A DNA stretch of 64,000 nucleotides, from sequence record DRR723986_1318, one strand, 5' to 3'. Below the pieces are notes generated by a model. That model saw only the letters and a program-made list of their open reading frames with translations. It was not told the origin of the DNA and searched no databases. Below are positions 20,050 through 30,249 of the stretch, piece by piece (the first letter of the stretch is position 1; each line of letters opens with the position of its first letter). A program made the translations under genes and the position numbers.

Positions 20050-21174
20050 CTAAAATTGATCGACCTGACAGCTGTCTTCAGGGGCGCGATGGTCGACGAT
20101 ACACTCGAAATAGGGCACTTCAGTGTTGTACTGTCCGTCCAGCATTTTGCGCAACTGCTCAAAGGCGGTGCGCATCACGGGATGGGTGGCATCGGCCTCA
20201 CTGCCGTGGCCGGCTAAATTGAGCGTACCATCTGCCTCCCCCGCGCCGAGAGTGCCTGTGCCGGTTGTGCCGGGGTCTTGGCCCTCGGGAATGCCCACCA
20301 CCGTGAAAAACTGTGTAGCGATGCCCGCCGTCGTCAAAGCACCTGCCATCTCGCGGCCCTGGTTGTGGGGCACTAAGCCATCGTTGACCGGGTGAATAAC
20401 CGTAGCGGCCTGTACGCCACCCAGTTGCATTTGCGCCGCGTGCAGGGCGGGGGAGCGACGTTGATAGGCCAGTGGGCACTCTGCCGGTGTGCCGCCGGTG
20501 TCGCGTTCTATGCCCGCTGCTGCCGCCATGGCGGTGGCATTGCCGGTTGCCTCTGCGGCGGCTTTTGCCTCGCCGTAGGTTTCGACGAGTTGGCTGACGC
20601 CCTCTGCGGTAATCCAATAGTCATACAGCGCCTTGCCGTCGTCACTGATGGCGGCTGATTCGACGATGGCGGTGCCCGAAACTGCGCCGCCCATCGACAC
20701 GCCAAACAGGTATACCGTGTCGATGGAGGGAAATTTTTCCAGTGCATACTCTGTGGCGGCAATGGTGTCGTAGGCTCCGCGTAGCGTGGGAAAGCCCAGG
20801 TTGTCGCGGTAGTCGGTGGCCACAAAAGCAACGCCGCCAGGGCTATTTTCATAGTGCTGGGCCAGGCGCAATTCGCGCCGCATGTGGGGCAGCCAGCTAG
20901 CCTGGACGGTGTGGCCGATGCCATGGCTAAACACCACGAGCCGGGTAGGCTGTTCGCCGCGCTTAAATACCAGCAGCCCCTCAGGCAGTGGCGAGTTCGA
21001 CGCGCTGTCGGGGACGCACGAGGGGTTGATATCCAGGGGACTTATTGTGTGCTGAGACGCTGTGACAAAGGTTTCGACAATGGCATTGTCACTTTGGGTT
21101 TGGCTATTGCTGCTGTTATTGCAAGCGGCGACAAGGAGCGCAGCAATCGCTGCGCTACATCGAAGAAACGTCAT
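20050..21174 (-). CDS. Alpha/beta-hydrolase lipoprotein (esterase/peptidase-like)
   Basis: Lipobox LVAAC plus Ser/Asn linker; GVSMGG nucleophile elbow; candidate Asp (NDGLVP) and His (AGHG). Confidence 0.75.
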   Translation of the reverse strand: MTFLRCSAAIAALLVAACNNSSNSQTQSDNAIVETFVTASQHTISPLDINPSCVPDSASNSPLPEGLLVFKRGEQPTRLVVFSHGIGHTVQASWLPHMRRELRLAQHYENSPGGVAFVATDYRDNLGFPTLRGAYDTIAATEYALEKFPSIDTVYLFGVSMGGAVSGTAIVESAAISDDGKALYDYWITAEGVSQLVETYGEAKAAAEATGNATAMAAAAGIERDTGGTPAECPLAYQRRSPALHAAQMQLGGVQAATVIHPVNDGLVPHNQGREMAGALTTAGIATQFFTVVGIPEGQDPGTTGTGTLGAGEADGTLNLAGHGSEADATHPVMRTAFEQLRKMLDGQYNTEVPYFECIVDHRAPEDSCQVDQF

Positions 21175-21290
21175 AGGCGGCCACCATTGTTTGCCGGGCG
21201 TGTTGGCGCCCTGCTTATTATTAAAATGACTGGCCGATGATTATTGCACAGTATTTGTAATTTGTGTCAATGGCTGCCGCCTAAAGGTCG

Positions 21291-22559
21291 CTACGCGTGC
21301 TCTAGTGCCTGGCTTAAGTCGGCCTTCAGGTCGTCGATGTGTTCGATGCCAATCGACAGGCGCACCATGTCGGCACTAACACCGGCTTTTAGTAACTCTT
21401 CGTCGCTGAGCTGACGGTGAGTTGTAGAGGCGGGAATAGCCGCACAGCTCTTGGCGTCGCCGATATTTACCAGCCGGATAATCAGTTGCAAGGCGTCGTA
21501 AAAACGCGCGCCGGCTTCGCGGCCACCGTCAATGCCGAAGCTGAGAATGCCCGACGCCTGACCCTTCATATACTGCTTGGCCAGCGCATGATCGCGGTGG
21601 TTGGGTAGGCCCGCGTAGCTAACCCAGTTGACCTTGGGGTGGTCCTGCAGGAATTGGGCAATGGCCAGCGTGTTGTCATTAATGCGTTCCATGCGCAGCG
21701 CCAGCGTCTCCAGCCCCTGTAAAAACAGAAAGGCATTGAAGGCGCTCATCGCGGCGCCCATATTGCGCAGCGGCACTACGCGGGCACGGGTGATGAATGC
21801 CGCTTCGCCAACATCCTTGGCGTAATTTACGCCGTGGTACGACACATCAGGTGTCGTCAGCAGTGAGAAGCGCTCGGCGTGTTCAGCCCAGGGGAATTTG
21901 CCTGAGTCGACAATCAGGCCGCCAATACTGGTGCCATGACCGCCAATGTATTTGGTAGCGGCGTGGATAACGATGTCGGCACCATGCTCAATGGGCTTCA
22001 ACACAAAGGGTGACGGCACTGTGTTGTCGACAATTAAGGGAAGGCCGTGGGCGTGAGCTAAATCAGCCAGGCGGCGAATATCAACGATATTGCCAGAGGG
22101 GTTGCCGATGGACTCACAGTAAATGGCCTTGGTGCGCGCATCGATTTGCGCCGCCATGCCATCGAAGTCGTCCTTGTCGACAAAGCGCGCTTCAATGCCC
22201 TGGCGAGGCAGGGTGTGGGCAAATAAGTTGTAGGTGCCGCCGTACAGTTCGCTAATGGTAATAAAGTTATCACCAGCTTCAGCGATGGTTTGGATGGCGG
22301 CGGTAATCGCTGCCATGCCTGAGGCCATTGCCAGGGCGCCGACACCGCCTTCGAGGGCGGCAATACGCTGCTCAAGCACACTGCATGTCGGGTTCATAAT
22401 ACGGCTGTAGATATTGCCAGCCACTTTGAGGTCGAACAGGTCGGCCGCGTGCTGGGCGCTGTCAAACGAGTAAGACGAGGTTTGGTGGATCGGCACGGCA
22501 ACGGCATTTTGATTATCTGGCTCGTAGGCGTGATGCAGTGCAATGGTTTCGTCGCGCAT
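21291..22559 (-). CDS. metY: O-acetylhomoserine aminocarboxypropyltransferase / sulfhydrylase
   Basis: Start reassigned to MRDETIALH; YSRIMNPT, ASGMAA, VDNT, HAATKYIGGHG, VRLSIGIEH. Confidence 0.92.
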   Translation of the reverse strand: MRDETIALHHAYEPDNQNAVAVPIHQTSSYSFDSAQHAADLFDLKVAGNIYSRIMNPTCSVLEQRIAALEGGVGALAMASGMAAITAAIQTIAEAGDNFITISELYGGTYNLFAHTLPRQGIEARFVDKDDFDGMAAQIDARTKAIYCESIGNPSGNIVDIRRLADLAHAHGLPLIVDNTVPSPFVLKPIEHGADIVIHAATKYIGGHGTSIGGLIVDSGKFPWAEHAERFSLLTTPDVSYHGVNYAKDVGEAAFITRARVVPLRNMGAAMSAFNAFLFLQGLETLALRMERINDNTLAIAQFLQDHPKVNWVSYAGLPNHRDHALAKQYMKGQASGILSFGIDGGREAGARFYDALQLIIRLVNIGDAKSCAAIPASTTHRQLSDEELLKAGVSADMVRLSIGIEHIDDLKADLSQALEHA

Positions 22560-22770
22560 AAATATCCCTCTGGTAAAACGTCCCTGCCGGGGCAAAGCCT
22601 GTGAATATACCGCACCTATCTGTGGATGCCACCTTTTGGTGCGTCGGCTCGATGTGAACTGGGTGACATGTCGCAGTTGTTCAAACGCATTTCCGCTAGG
22701 CTTAAGCACAATAAAATAAATTTAGCATTGCGGCCCTTGTGCAGTGCTGCGTGTTTGGAGACGTTTCGCC

Positions 22771-25700
22771 GTGAAGTTCAATCCACAGATTTTTCTGATG
22801 CTACTAACACTCGCTTCGTGTGGCGGAGGTGGTTCCAGTGGAAGTGACGGCGGCCAGCCTGCACCGGCAGCCGGTAATCAGCCCCCACAGATTCAGGGGC
22901 AGCCAGGCATCGCTCAAGAGGGGCAGGCTTTTTCCTTCTCGCCCACGGTGATCGACCCCGATGGTGATGCGGTGACGGTAAGGGCTGAGGGACTGCCCGG
23001 GTGGTTGAACTTTGACGAATCCACGCATGTCTTGAGCGGTGTGCCGACCGCAAGCGATGTGGGGCGCGGTGAATTGATCACAGTGACCGCGAGCGATGGC
23101 CGCGCGACCGCGGCAGTAGAGTTTGTGATTGATGTTGCCTTTGAGCCATTGGAACAGGCACTGCGTACCGGTGATGCGCGCTATGTTGACCGGCCACAGC
23201 GTTTTATTGACAGCATGCAGGCGGCATCCAATGACGCTGTGTCGCAAGGCGCGATACTGCGTCAACAGTTGTTTAACTTAGACATTCACGGGCAGGCGCG
23301 CAGCGATGGCAGTAGCTTGACGGATGTGTCTTGGAACCCGACTCACGATGCAGGGCTGCTGACCGCCACGTTTGGTGAGAATACGACGCTCCTGTTTAGC
23401 AATTCGGTAACGCACTCAGATTACGCGGTGCAATCGCAGGGCTTGGCTGTCGCAGGTGAGCAGGCGGGGAAGAACCGCAATGCCGCTTTCGTCGCGCTGG
23501 CGAGTAATCCAATGCGCAATGTCTATCGCGATAGCGCAGCGGTAAATAGCCAGATGCAGCAATGGCTGCGCAACAGCGTGGACTGGTTGCGGGGCGGCGA
23601 CACGCGGGCGACATTTAACGTAGTGATTGCCCAGATGAGTCAAAGCTACTATTTCCCGGACCGCGTTGCTACCCGGCAGTGGCTGGAGGAAAACTACCCC
23701 GAGCAAGTGGCCTACAATGAGCCCCAAAGCTGCGATGGTTCGGCACTGGCAGGCTGTTTGGCAGCGCAGCCCGACCTACTGATTGTCTCGCAAGTATCTG
23801 CTGAAGGAGCGGCGGGCGACGACGCTCGCAGAGCGATTGAACAGTGGTTGGCGGAAGGTAAACCACTTTTATATCTGCATCACGATGGCGACCTTAAGCC
23901 ACTGGGAGAGGCGATCTTCGAGCAGCTTGGTGTGACCTATGCGGGCGATAATTACTGGCGGCGGCTCAGTGTTGAGGGCTATGACGTGAGGGGGCAACTA
24001 GATCGTGTTCCAGTAGAAGTGGAGGCGATTAATGGCCTCATTGCCCGGTTTGAATCCGGTGATTTCAGCGTGGATTTGGGCCTCTGTGCAGATAAAAACT
24101 GCCCTGCCGAGAGTGGGTATGCTCAGGAGTTCGGTGAGGCGGCGGAGTATGCGCAGCAGTTTTTCCGGCAACTGGATAGCCAGTCTCAGCCACTCTTTGA
24201 TCGCGGTGGAATGCGTTATTACAAGTCGCTGTTGTTATTGGCTGATAGCTATCGGCAGACAGTGCGCTTTCCCATGGATAAACTGACCACCCCGACACCG
24301 GTGTTTTTGCAGGCGTATTTTGCCGACCATGTTCAGTATCAGCGCCGGGATATTAATCCAGTACCCGCTGATATGGGGAACTTTAGCCGCAGTGACTTCA
24401 GCCACATTCGGCCAGTTAACCGCAGGGTGAAGCTAACTAGTCGGCGGCACTTTCGTGCGGCGGGTGTCTACGCGTTGCCCGGCAGAACGGTGACAGTTAG
24501 GCGAATTGACAGCGCTGCGGTGGCCACCACCATTTTTGTGAATACCCTGCGCAGTGGCGCGACCCACCCCTTCAATGAGAATGCTTATTCGCGTCCGAAA
24601 TTTTTGCGGGGCCAGGCTTTGGCGCTGGCGCCCGGTCAGATCTTGCGATTTACCTCTGCCTACGGCGGCCCTATCCAGATTGGCTTTGACCGCAATGACG
24701 AGCAGGTAGAGTTTGAATTCAGCGAGGTGGGAGAGCACCCTTACTGGGCGGGAGAGGGTGACAATGCCGATTTTGCCGCCGCGATGGCACGTGGCGACTA
24801 TGACTGGGCAGAACTCTCCACACCGGGCTTTGAAGTTCACTCCAAGCTGGAAAAAATGCGCAGCTCTATCGCCGAGTGGCGCAGCGCCGCCGAGCTGGCC
24901 CAAGCGACGGAGCGCTATATGTATAACTTTGCTCATGTACTGGCGGGCTTTCAAGGAGAGGGAATAGATCGTGTCAGCGAGATTCACCAATTCGCTGAGC
25001 AACGGGGTTGGCAGCTAGACACCATCGATGTGGTGAAGCATATGAACGCTGACCAAGCGACGTGCGGCTACGGTTGTTCCGGAAATCCCTACGATGCGTA
25101 CTGGTCTTTCAATCCAATAGGGCATGGTGACCTACACGAATTGGGTCATGGACTAGAGCGTGGGCGCTTTAGATTCGCGGGTTGGGACGGCCATGCCAGC
25201 ACTAATCCCTACTCCTACTATGCTAAATCTCAGTATTTTCTCGATACCGGTGAGGACCCCGGGTGTCAGGCATTGCCGTTTGATTCGTTAAAGCAAGCCT
25301 TGCTTGAAAGTCGCGCCAGCGCGGACCCCTTCGCAGATATGCAGCGTCGACAATTGAACGGCTGGTCTGAGGGCGTGGCGATAACAATACAAATGATGAT
25401 GTCGGCTCAGGCAGAAGGTGTGCTCAGTGATGGCTGGCACTTGCTGGCTCGCCTACACATTATGGATCGCATTTTTAATCGTGCTGACAACAGTGACGAA
25501 AGCTGGCTGGCAGAGCGTGAGGCCTTGGGCTTTTCTTCCTACTCCCGCGCTGAGGCGCGCGCACTTTCAAATAATGATTGGTTGGCCATTGCGCTGTCAC
25601 AGAGTACCTCGCGAGATATGCGTGAATACCTGGCAATGTGGGGCTTAGCCATCAGTGATAAGGCTGCTGCGCAGGTGGCCAGTTTTGCCTACCCAAGCAT

Positions 25701-25776
25701 GCCGCTGCGCTACTTCGATAGCGGGGCCCGCGACTACTGTAGTAATTTTCAGCCAGCGTCGATGGCAATGGATTAG
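22771..25776 (+). CDS. impA: ImpA-like (M60-like) zinc metalloprotease lipoprotein with N-terminal Ig-like domain
   Basis: GTG start gives lipobox LASC-GGGG; putative Ig domain (GLPGWLNFD); AAGVYALPG, HMNADQATCGYGCSGNPYD, HELGH zinc motif. Confidence 0.8.
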   Translation: MKFNPQIFLMLLTLASCGGGGSSGSDGGQPAPAAGNQPPQIQGQPGIAQEGQAFSFSPTVIDPDGDAVTVRAEGLPGWLNFDESTHVLSGVPTASDVGRGELITVTASDGRATAAVEFVIDVAFEPLEQALRTGDARYVDRPQRFIDSMQAASNDAVSQGAILRQQLFNLDIHGQARSDGSSLTDVSWNPTHDAGLLTATFGENTTLLFSNSVTHSDYAVQSQGLAVAGEQAGKNRNAAFVALASNPMRNVYRDSAAVNSQMQQWLRNSVDWLRGGDTRATFNVVIAQMSQSYYFPDRVATRQWLEENYPEQVAYNEPQSCDGSALAGCLAAQPDLLIVSQVSAEGAAGDDARRAIEQWLAEGKPLLYLHHDGDLKPLGEAIFEQLGVTYAGDNYWRRLSVEGYDVRGQLDRVPVEVEAINGLIARFESGDFSVDLGLCADKNCPAESGYAQEFGEAAEYAQQFFRQLDSQSQPLFDRGGMRYYKSLLLLADSYRQTVRFPMDKLTTPTPVFLQAYFADHVQYQRRDINPVPADMGNFSRSDFSHIRPVNRRVKLTSRRHFRAAGVYALPGRTVTVRRIDSAAVATTIFVNTLRSGATHPFNENAYSRPKFLRGQALALAPGQILRFTSAYGGPIQIGFDRNDEQVEFEFSEVGEHPYWAGEGDNADFAAAMARGDYDWAELSTPGFEVHSKLEKMRSSIAEWRSAAELAQATERYMYNFAHVLAGFQGEGIDRVSEIHQFAEQRGWQLDTIDVVKHMNADQATCGYGCSGNPYDAYWSFNPIGHGDLHELGHGLERGRFRFAGWDGHASTNPYSYYAKSQYFLDTGEDPGCQALPFDSLKQALLESRASADPFADMQRRQLNGWSEGVAITIQMMMSAQAEGVLSDGWHLLARLHIMDRIFNRADNSDESWLAEREALGFSSYSRAEARALSNNDWLAIALSQSTSRDMREYLAMWGLAISDKAAAQVASFAYPSMPLRYFDSGARDYCSNFQPASMAMD

Positions 25777-25854
25777 ACCTTGGTCTAATCCAGCTGAACT
25801 GGGCGTTGAAAACCCTTACCCTGTGGTATTCACATGCCAGAGGAGAGGGCGCCC

Positions 25855-26394
25855 ATGTTGGATGAGCACGACGCCGGTTTATTGATTATTGATGTGCAGG
25901 GCAAGCTTGCACGTATGATGCACGACAGCGAAGCGATGATCGCCAATATAAGGCGGATGATTCGCGCCTGCCAAATACTGTCAGTGCCTATTGTTTGGAT
26001 AGAGCAGTACCCACAAGGGCTTGGTGAAACCGTCGAGGAATTATCGGAATTACTCGTAGACTTAAGGCCGCACATTAAGTCGACGTTTAGTGTCTGCGAT
26101 TGTGAATCAACACTTCAGCCCCTTGAAGCCTCCGGTCGCAAGCAGTGGATGGTGTGTGGCATTGAGGCACACATCTGTGTGTATCAAACCGTGGTGGGTA
26201 TGTTGCAGCGGGGTTATCAGGTAGAGGTTATTAGTGATGCAGTGTCCTCTCGAGCCGCTAGTAATCACCAGCTCGCTTTGCAAAAAATGCATGAGCATGG
26301 TGCGGGGCTAAGTAGCGTTGAGATGGCGGTTTACGAGCTGTTGAAGGATTCGGCGCGGCCAGAGTTCAAAGCCATGTTGCCACTGATGAAATAG
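25855..26394 (+). CDS. Isochorismatase family cysteine hydrolase
   Basis: LLIIDVQ, EQYPQGLG, GIEAHICVYQT; RBS ggagaggg before ATG 25855. Confidence 0.9.
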   Translation: MLDEHDAGLLIIDVQGKLARMMHDSEAMIANIRRMIRACQILSVPIVWIEQYPQGLGETVEELSELLVDLRPHIKSTFSVCDCESTLQPLEASGRKQWMVCGIEAHICVYQTVVGMLQRGYQVEVISDAVSSRAASNHQLALQKMHEHGAGLSSVEMAVYELLKDSARPEFKAMLPLMK

Positions 26395-26430
26395 CGCGCC
26401 AACGTACCTTTCGGATCAATATCACGGCGA

Positions 26431-26462
26431 TGCCCGGCCTCTTTGGAAATAGAGACCGGGCA
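26431..26462. terminator. Hairpin between convergent genes (probable terminator)
   Basis: tgcccggcctct...agagaccgggca near-perfect stem; weak U-tract. Confidence 0.5.
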
Positions 26463-26467
26463 AGTGC

Positions 26468-28870
26468 TTAGGGGCAGTTTGAGATAGGTTCGGAGATGGT
26501 GAAACTGCTCGACACCCCTGAGTAGGCTTGTTTTGGTAGTACTAGGGTTTGTGCCGCACCTTCATGACGCAGGCGGTACGTACCCGCGGGCGTGTTGCGG
26601 GGAATATGCCAAGTGACCTCAGCCGTAGAGGGCCCGACTTCCGGTAACTCTATGGGTAGCGGCGAGGGCAATAGAGGCTGCCACGAGAACAGCAGCTCGG
26701 GGTCTTTGTCGGTAGCAACGACCTGCCATTGTTGGTCTTCTCCCAGGCGTTCGGCATACACGTAGCTGGATTGTATTTTCAGATCATTGCGTGGGTGGCC
26801 GGCCTGGAAACTGGCGGTAACGGTGTCGCCGGGCGCCGCACTGCTGGGCGTGTCGGTAACAACATCGCCATAGCTTTTGCCCAGGCCCGGTAAGTCACTG
26901 GGAATATAGGGCAGGCGAATCAAAATTGGCGAGCCATCAACGTAGCTTGGCCCCTCGGGCGAGGCCTGGCCCTCGGCAAGTGAGCGCGCCAGACGCCGGC
27001 TTTCTTGTTCCACCGCAGCCAAAGACCACGGGCCAAAGATGGTGGACCCACCTTCATACTGTTGAACTGAGTATTCCTCGCGGGTTGTCAGGTAGTGGGA
27101 GTACTCGTTGACCAAACCGGCGACGACAATGGTGTCGATGCCCACTGGCGCCAACAGCGGGAATAGTTGTTTTTGAATGCGTCGCGCCGACATCGTGGTC
27201 ACTTCCCAGGGAATACCGAGAATCGCTAGATTCCCCATGCGGAAGAGCTGGAAAGGAACGATGCTGGGCTCAGCGGAAAGTGGTGGGCCAAGTGGAATGA
27301 GGATGGGCTTCTCGGCGTGGCAGGAGAGGTCGAGAAGGGGCAGTTGGTCAAGGTTGCACAGCACTGCATTGGATAGCAGTGTTGGCGGTATCAAACCCTG
27401 TGTTGCCGTTGCGATATCGCTAAGTGCTGCCGCGATGAGGTCGGGGTCGCCGTCGCAGCTAATTCCTTCGCGAGTGAAGCCGGGGCCGTCTTCGGCACCC
27501 GCACCAAAGGCAGGGCCAACTGCCGCCAAGCACGTGCGAATTTCTTCGGCATCCAGCTCCGCTGGGTGGTTAAGCGCATTGAGAACGGCTGGGTCAGTAA
27601 CGCTGACCTCGTCCATTTTTACGTGGAAAAAGCGGTAGTCGATAGGGCCGTTCAGCGCCTTGCCTGTTTGGAAAAGGTCCAGCGCTTTGGCGAGCTGTTT
27701 TGTCCCCGAGATGGCGTTGGACTCGTAGGGGTCGGCGCCGCCGCCACGCGTTGGGTCGGGGTGGGGACGTTCAACAATAAAGATATTCGGCGAGGCATCG
27801 CCCTCATCCTTTTGAGCGAATGCCGCGACAAAGTTGTCTTCGCCGTTGCCGGTGTCGCCGTAGCGAGTATTCATAATGCGTTCGAAGCCGAGCGATGCAT
27901 AGCCCTTGATATCTGAACTGACTAAGTCCAGTTCCGAGCCGAGCACGGTTGGGTGGACGCCAAACCAGTTGATAACACCGACAGCTGAGCCGCTTTTGCG
28001 CACCATATTCAGCTGCACGACGCGCTTGTCGACAGTGATCTCTTCACCGCGGGTGTTGATAAATTCCTCACGCTCTTGCTGGCTGTTTTGCTCAAAGGCA
28101 ATCAAAGAGCGGTTGATATTGGTATTTAAGAGCTCGTCTACCGCTAACTGAATAGGGGCGGTCTCTGGGTGCGCCTGGATATTCTGGTGGGCCATTCTCA
28201 GTGCGGCCATCATGCCGTCGACGATCGTGTCGAGCACCAGCTTGTCAAAGCCAAAGTGGAAGGTATTAAAGCCCTCGTAGTGGGAGTACCCCGCCGGCCC
28301 TTGGTGGGTGTGAGTCGCTGACAGCATGATATTGTCGGGCCCATAGTGTTGAGACAGCTCAGTGTCTTGGGCAACTTCACGCAACACAGCCTGACGCATG
28401 GAGCCGAACACCATGCCGGTGTCGGTGGACATGAATAATACGCGTTTGCCGTTGCAGGGGGACTCGATGGCGAAGGCGCGAGCGTACTGGCGCTGATGCA
28501 GACCGCTAAGAACCTGGGTAGGGCTCTCCCAGCCCATGCCGCTGGTATTGGCAACGGGCCCGGTGATGTCGTGAATGCCCGAACCGAAACGGTACTCGTT
28601 ATTGTCAGCGCAACTCCCGGTGGGTTTGCCGGTAGTGGTGCCTGCGGCCGCTGGGGTAATCGCGAGCGTCCTGCTGGGGGCGTCGATGCCTTCCCCAACT
28701 TTTAAGTACTCACTATCGCGCATACATTGCGCTCGTTCTGCGTCGACAAAACGGTTCACCTGCTCGCTTGCCGGTGAATTTTTGCTGCTGGAACTGCTTC
28801 CCCCGCAGGCGACAAGCAATAGGCTAAAAGCGTAGATTAGTGGTTTGGCCAGTGATGAATTGGCAGGCAT
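26468..28870 (-). CDS. Neutral/alkaline ceramidase, lipoprotein
   Basis: Lipobox LVAC-GGSSS; DITGP, SATHTHQGP, WFGVHPT, GDASPN, YEGGSTIFGP, C-terminal GTYRLRH Ig-like domain. Confidence 0.92.
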   Translation of the reverse strand: MPANSSLAKPLIYAFSLLLVACGGSSSSSKNSPASEQVNRFVDAERAQCMRDSEYLKVGEGIDAPSRTLAITPAAAGTTTGKPTGSCADNNEYRFGSGIHDITGPVANTSGMGWESPTQVLSGLHQRQYARAFAIESPCNGKRVLFMSTDTGMVFGSMRQAVLREVAQDTELSQHYGPDNIMLSATHTHQGPAGYSHYEGFNTFHFGFDKLVLDTIVDGMMAALRMAHQNIQAHPETAPIQLAVDELLNTNINRSLIAFEQNSQQEREEFINTRGEEITVDKRVVQLNMVRKSGSAVGVINWFGVHPTVLGSELDLVSSDIKGYASLGFERIMNTRYGDTGNGEDNFVAAFAQKDEGDASPNIFIVERPHPDPTRGGGADPYESNAISGTKQLAKALDLFQTGKALNGPIDYRFFHVKMDEVSVTDPAVLNALNHPAELDAEEIRTCLAAVGPAFGAGAEDGPGFTREGISCDGDPDLIAAALSDIATATQGLIPPTLLSNAVLCNLDQLPLLDLSCHAEKPILIPLGPPLSAEPSIVPFQLFRMGNLAILGIPWEVTTMSARRIQKQLFPLLAPVGIDTIVVAGLVNEYSHYLTTREEYSVQQYEGGSTIFGPWSLAAVEQESRRLARSLAEGQASPEGPSYVDGSPILIRLPYIPSDLPGLGKSYGDVVTDTPSSAAPGDTVTASFQAGHPRNDLKIQSSYVYAERLGEDQQWQVVATDKDPELLFSWQPLLPSPLPIELPEVGPSTAEVTWHIPRNTPAGTYRLRHEGAAQTLVLPKQAYSGVSSSFTISEPISNCP

Positions 28871-28996
28871 GGTAAATCCTTTTTTGGGGGCGAGAGCGGA
28901 TTTCTGCGTCGAGTGTTTCGCAATTCGCGGGTAGTGAGCTATAGCGCCTAAGTTCTTAGGTTACTTTTATGTGACGACTGTGTCGATAGGCAGAAT

Positions 28997-29027
28997 GTCG
29001 AGCGAACTGATGGTCAGTTCGCCCGAC
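28997..29027 (-). terminator. Stem-loop downstream of P450
   Basis: 14-bp stem gtcgggcgaactga-cca-tcagttcgctcgac on the minus strand (one G-U pair) just after the stop. Confidence 0.55.
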
Positions 29028-29038
29028 GGCTGGGCTTT

Positions 29039-30238
29039 TTAGCGTACTGACAGTTTTACCGGCATCGACTTAAACGCGTGGATGGAGTTGGAGCGGATGT
29101 AACGCGGAGGAGCCGTTTCCTCAATTGCTGAGAAGTTCTTGAAGAATTCCTCAAAGAATATCCGCGCTTCCATACGCGCTAAATTCGCACCGAGGCATAA
29201 ATGTATGCCGTGACCAAAGGCCATGTGGGGATTATTTTGGCGGTGTATGTCGAAGGTCATTGCTTGTTCGAATACCGACTCGTCAAAGTTGGCTGAGCTG
29301 TACAGCATAACCACTTTGTCACCGGCCTTGATCGCGGTACCCGCAATTTCTGTGTCGCAGGTGGCGGTGCGCCGGAAGTAATGCAACGGGCATGTCCAGC
29401 GCAGCATTTCCTCGACCGCGCTGCCGAGTTTGTCGGGGTTTGCCTCCAGTTCGCGGTACAGGGCCGGGCGCTGCAACAGCTCATGCATTCCGGAGCTGAT
29501 AAGGCCGCGTGTTGTCTCGTTACCGGCAACAGCAATTTGCACGAACAGGCTGGCAAACTCTGCTTCACTGACAAGCTCACCGTCTATTTCCTGGTTGATG
29601 AGCAGTGATATTAAGTCGTCGCCATTTTTATCTTTGCGCTCACAGGCAAGCTCAAAGCCGTAGGTGCCCATTTCAATGCTTGCTTGCAAAACCTCCTCCT
29701 CAGTGCCGCCGAGGTCGGGGTCTGAGGACGAGGTTTGCATGTCCGACCACTGGCGAATTTGCGTCCACATGTCTCGCGGAATATCCATCAGCTGGCAGAT
29801 AACCGCGGTGGGCAAGTCGCCGGCCAGGTCTTCAACGAAGTCGACCTCTTCACGCTTGCGCGCGGAGCGCATAATGTCTTGGGCAATCTCGCGAATTTGT
29901 GGCTCCAGCGCTTTGAGGCGGCTTGACGTAAAACGGCTAATCACCGCACGGCGGGGTTTGGCGTGGCGCGGCGGGTCCATGCCGAGTAGCTGGTTGCGGG
30001 TCATTTCCAGGGTGCTTTCAGGGAGGTCGTCAACCAGCACAAAGCCCTGTTCTGCCGAAAATGTTTTAAAGTCCCGCGATACAGCCATTACGTCAGCATG
30101 GCGGCTAACGACCCAGTAGCCGCTGCCATCGGGATGAGGGTGCCAATAAACCGGGGCATGCTCGCGCAGCCACCGGAACTGGTCGTGGGGAATACCCTGT
30201 AGATAGTTGTCAGGGTTGTATACATCTATGTTCATCAT
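29039..30238 (-). CDS. Cytochrome P450 (CYP125/CYP124/CYP142-like)
   Basis: MDPPRH, AGNETT, EEMLR, FGHGIHLCLG. Confidence 0.95.
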   Translation of the reverse strand: MMNIDVYNPDNYLQGIPHDQFRWLREHAPVYWHPHPDGSGYWVVSRHADVMAVSRDFKTFSAEQGFVLVDDLPESTLEMTRNQLLGMDPPRHAKPRRAVISRFTSSRLKALEPQIREIAQDIMRSARKREEVDFVEDLAGDLPTAVICQLMDIPRDMWTQIRQWSDMQTSSSDPDLGGTEEEVLQASIEMGTYGFELACERKDKNGDDLISLLINQEIDGELVSEAEFASLFVQIAVAGNETTRGLISSGMHELLQRPALYRELEANPDKLGSAVEEMLRWTCPLHYFRRTATCDTEIAGTAIKAGDKVVMLYSSANFDESVFEQAMTFDIHRQNNPHMAFGHGIHLCLGANLARMEARIFFEEFFKNFSAIEETAPPRYIRSNSIHAFKSMPVKLSVR

Positions 30239-30249
30239 TGGCTCCTGAG

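Noticed and set aside
22560-22770. SAM/SAH riboswitch upstream of metY
   Set aside because: A likely -10 (TATATT) lies only ~45 nt from the start and no riboswitch consensus is visible
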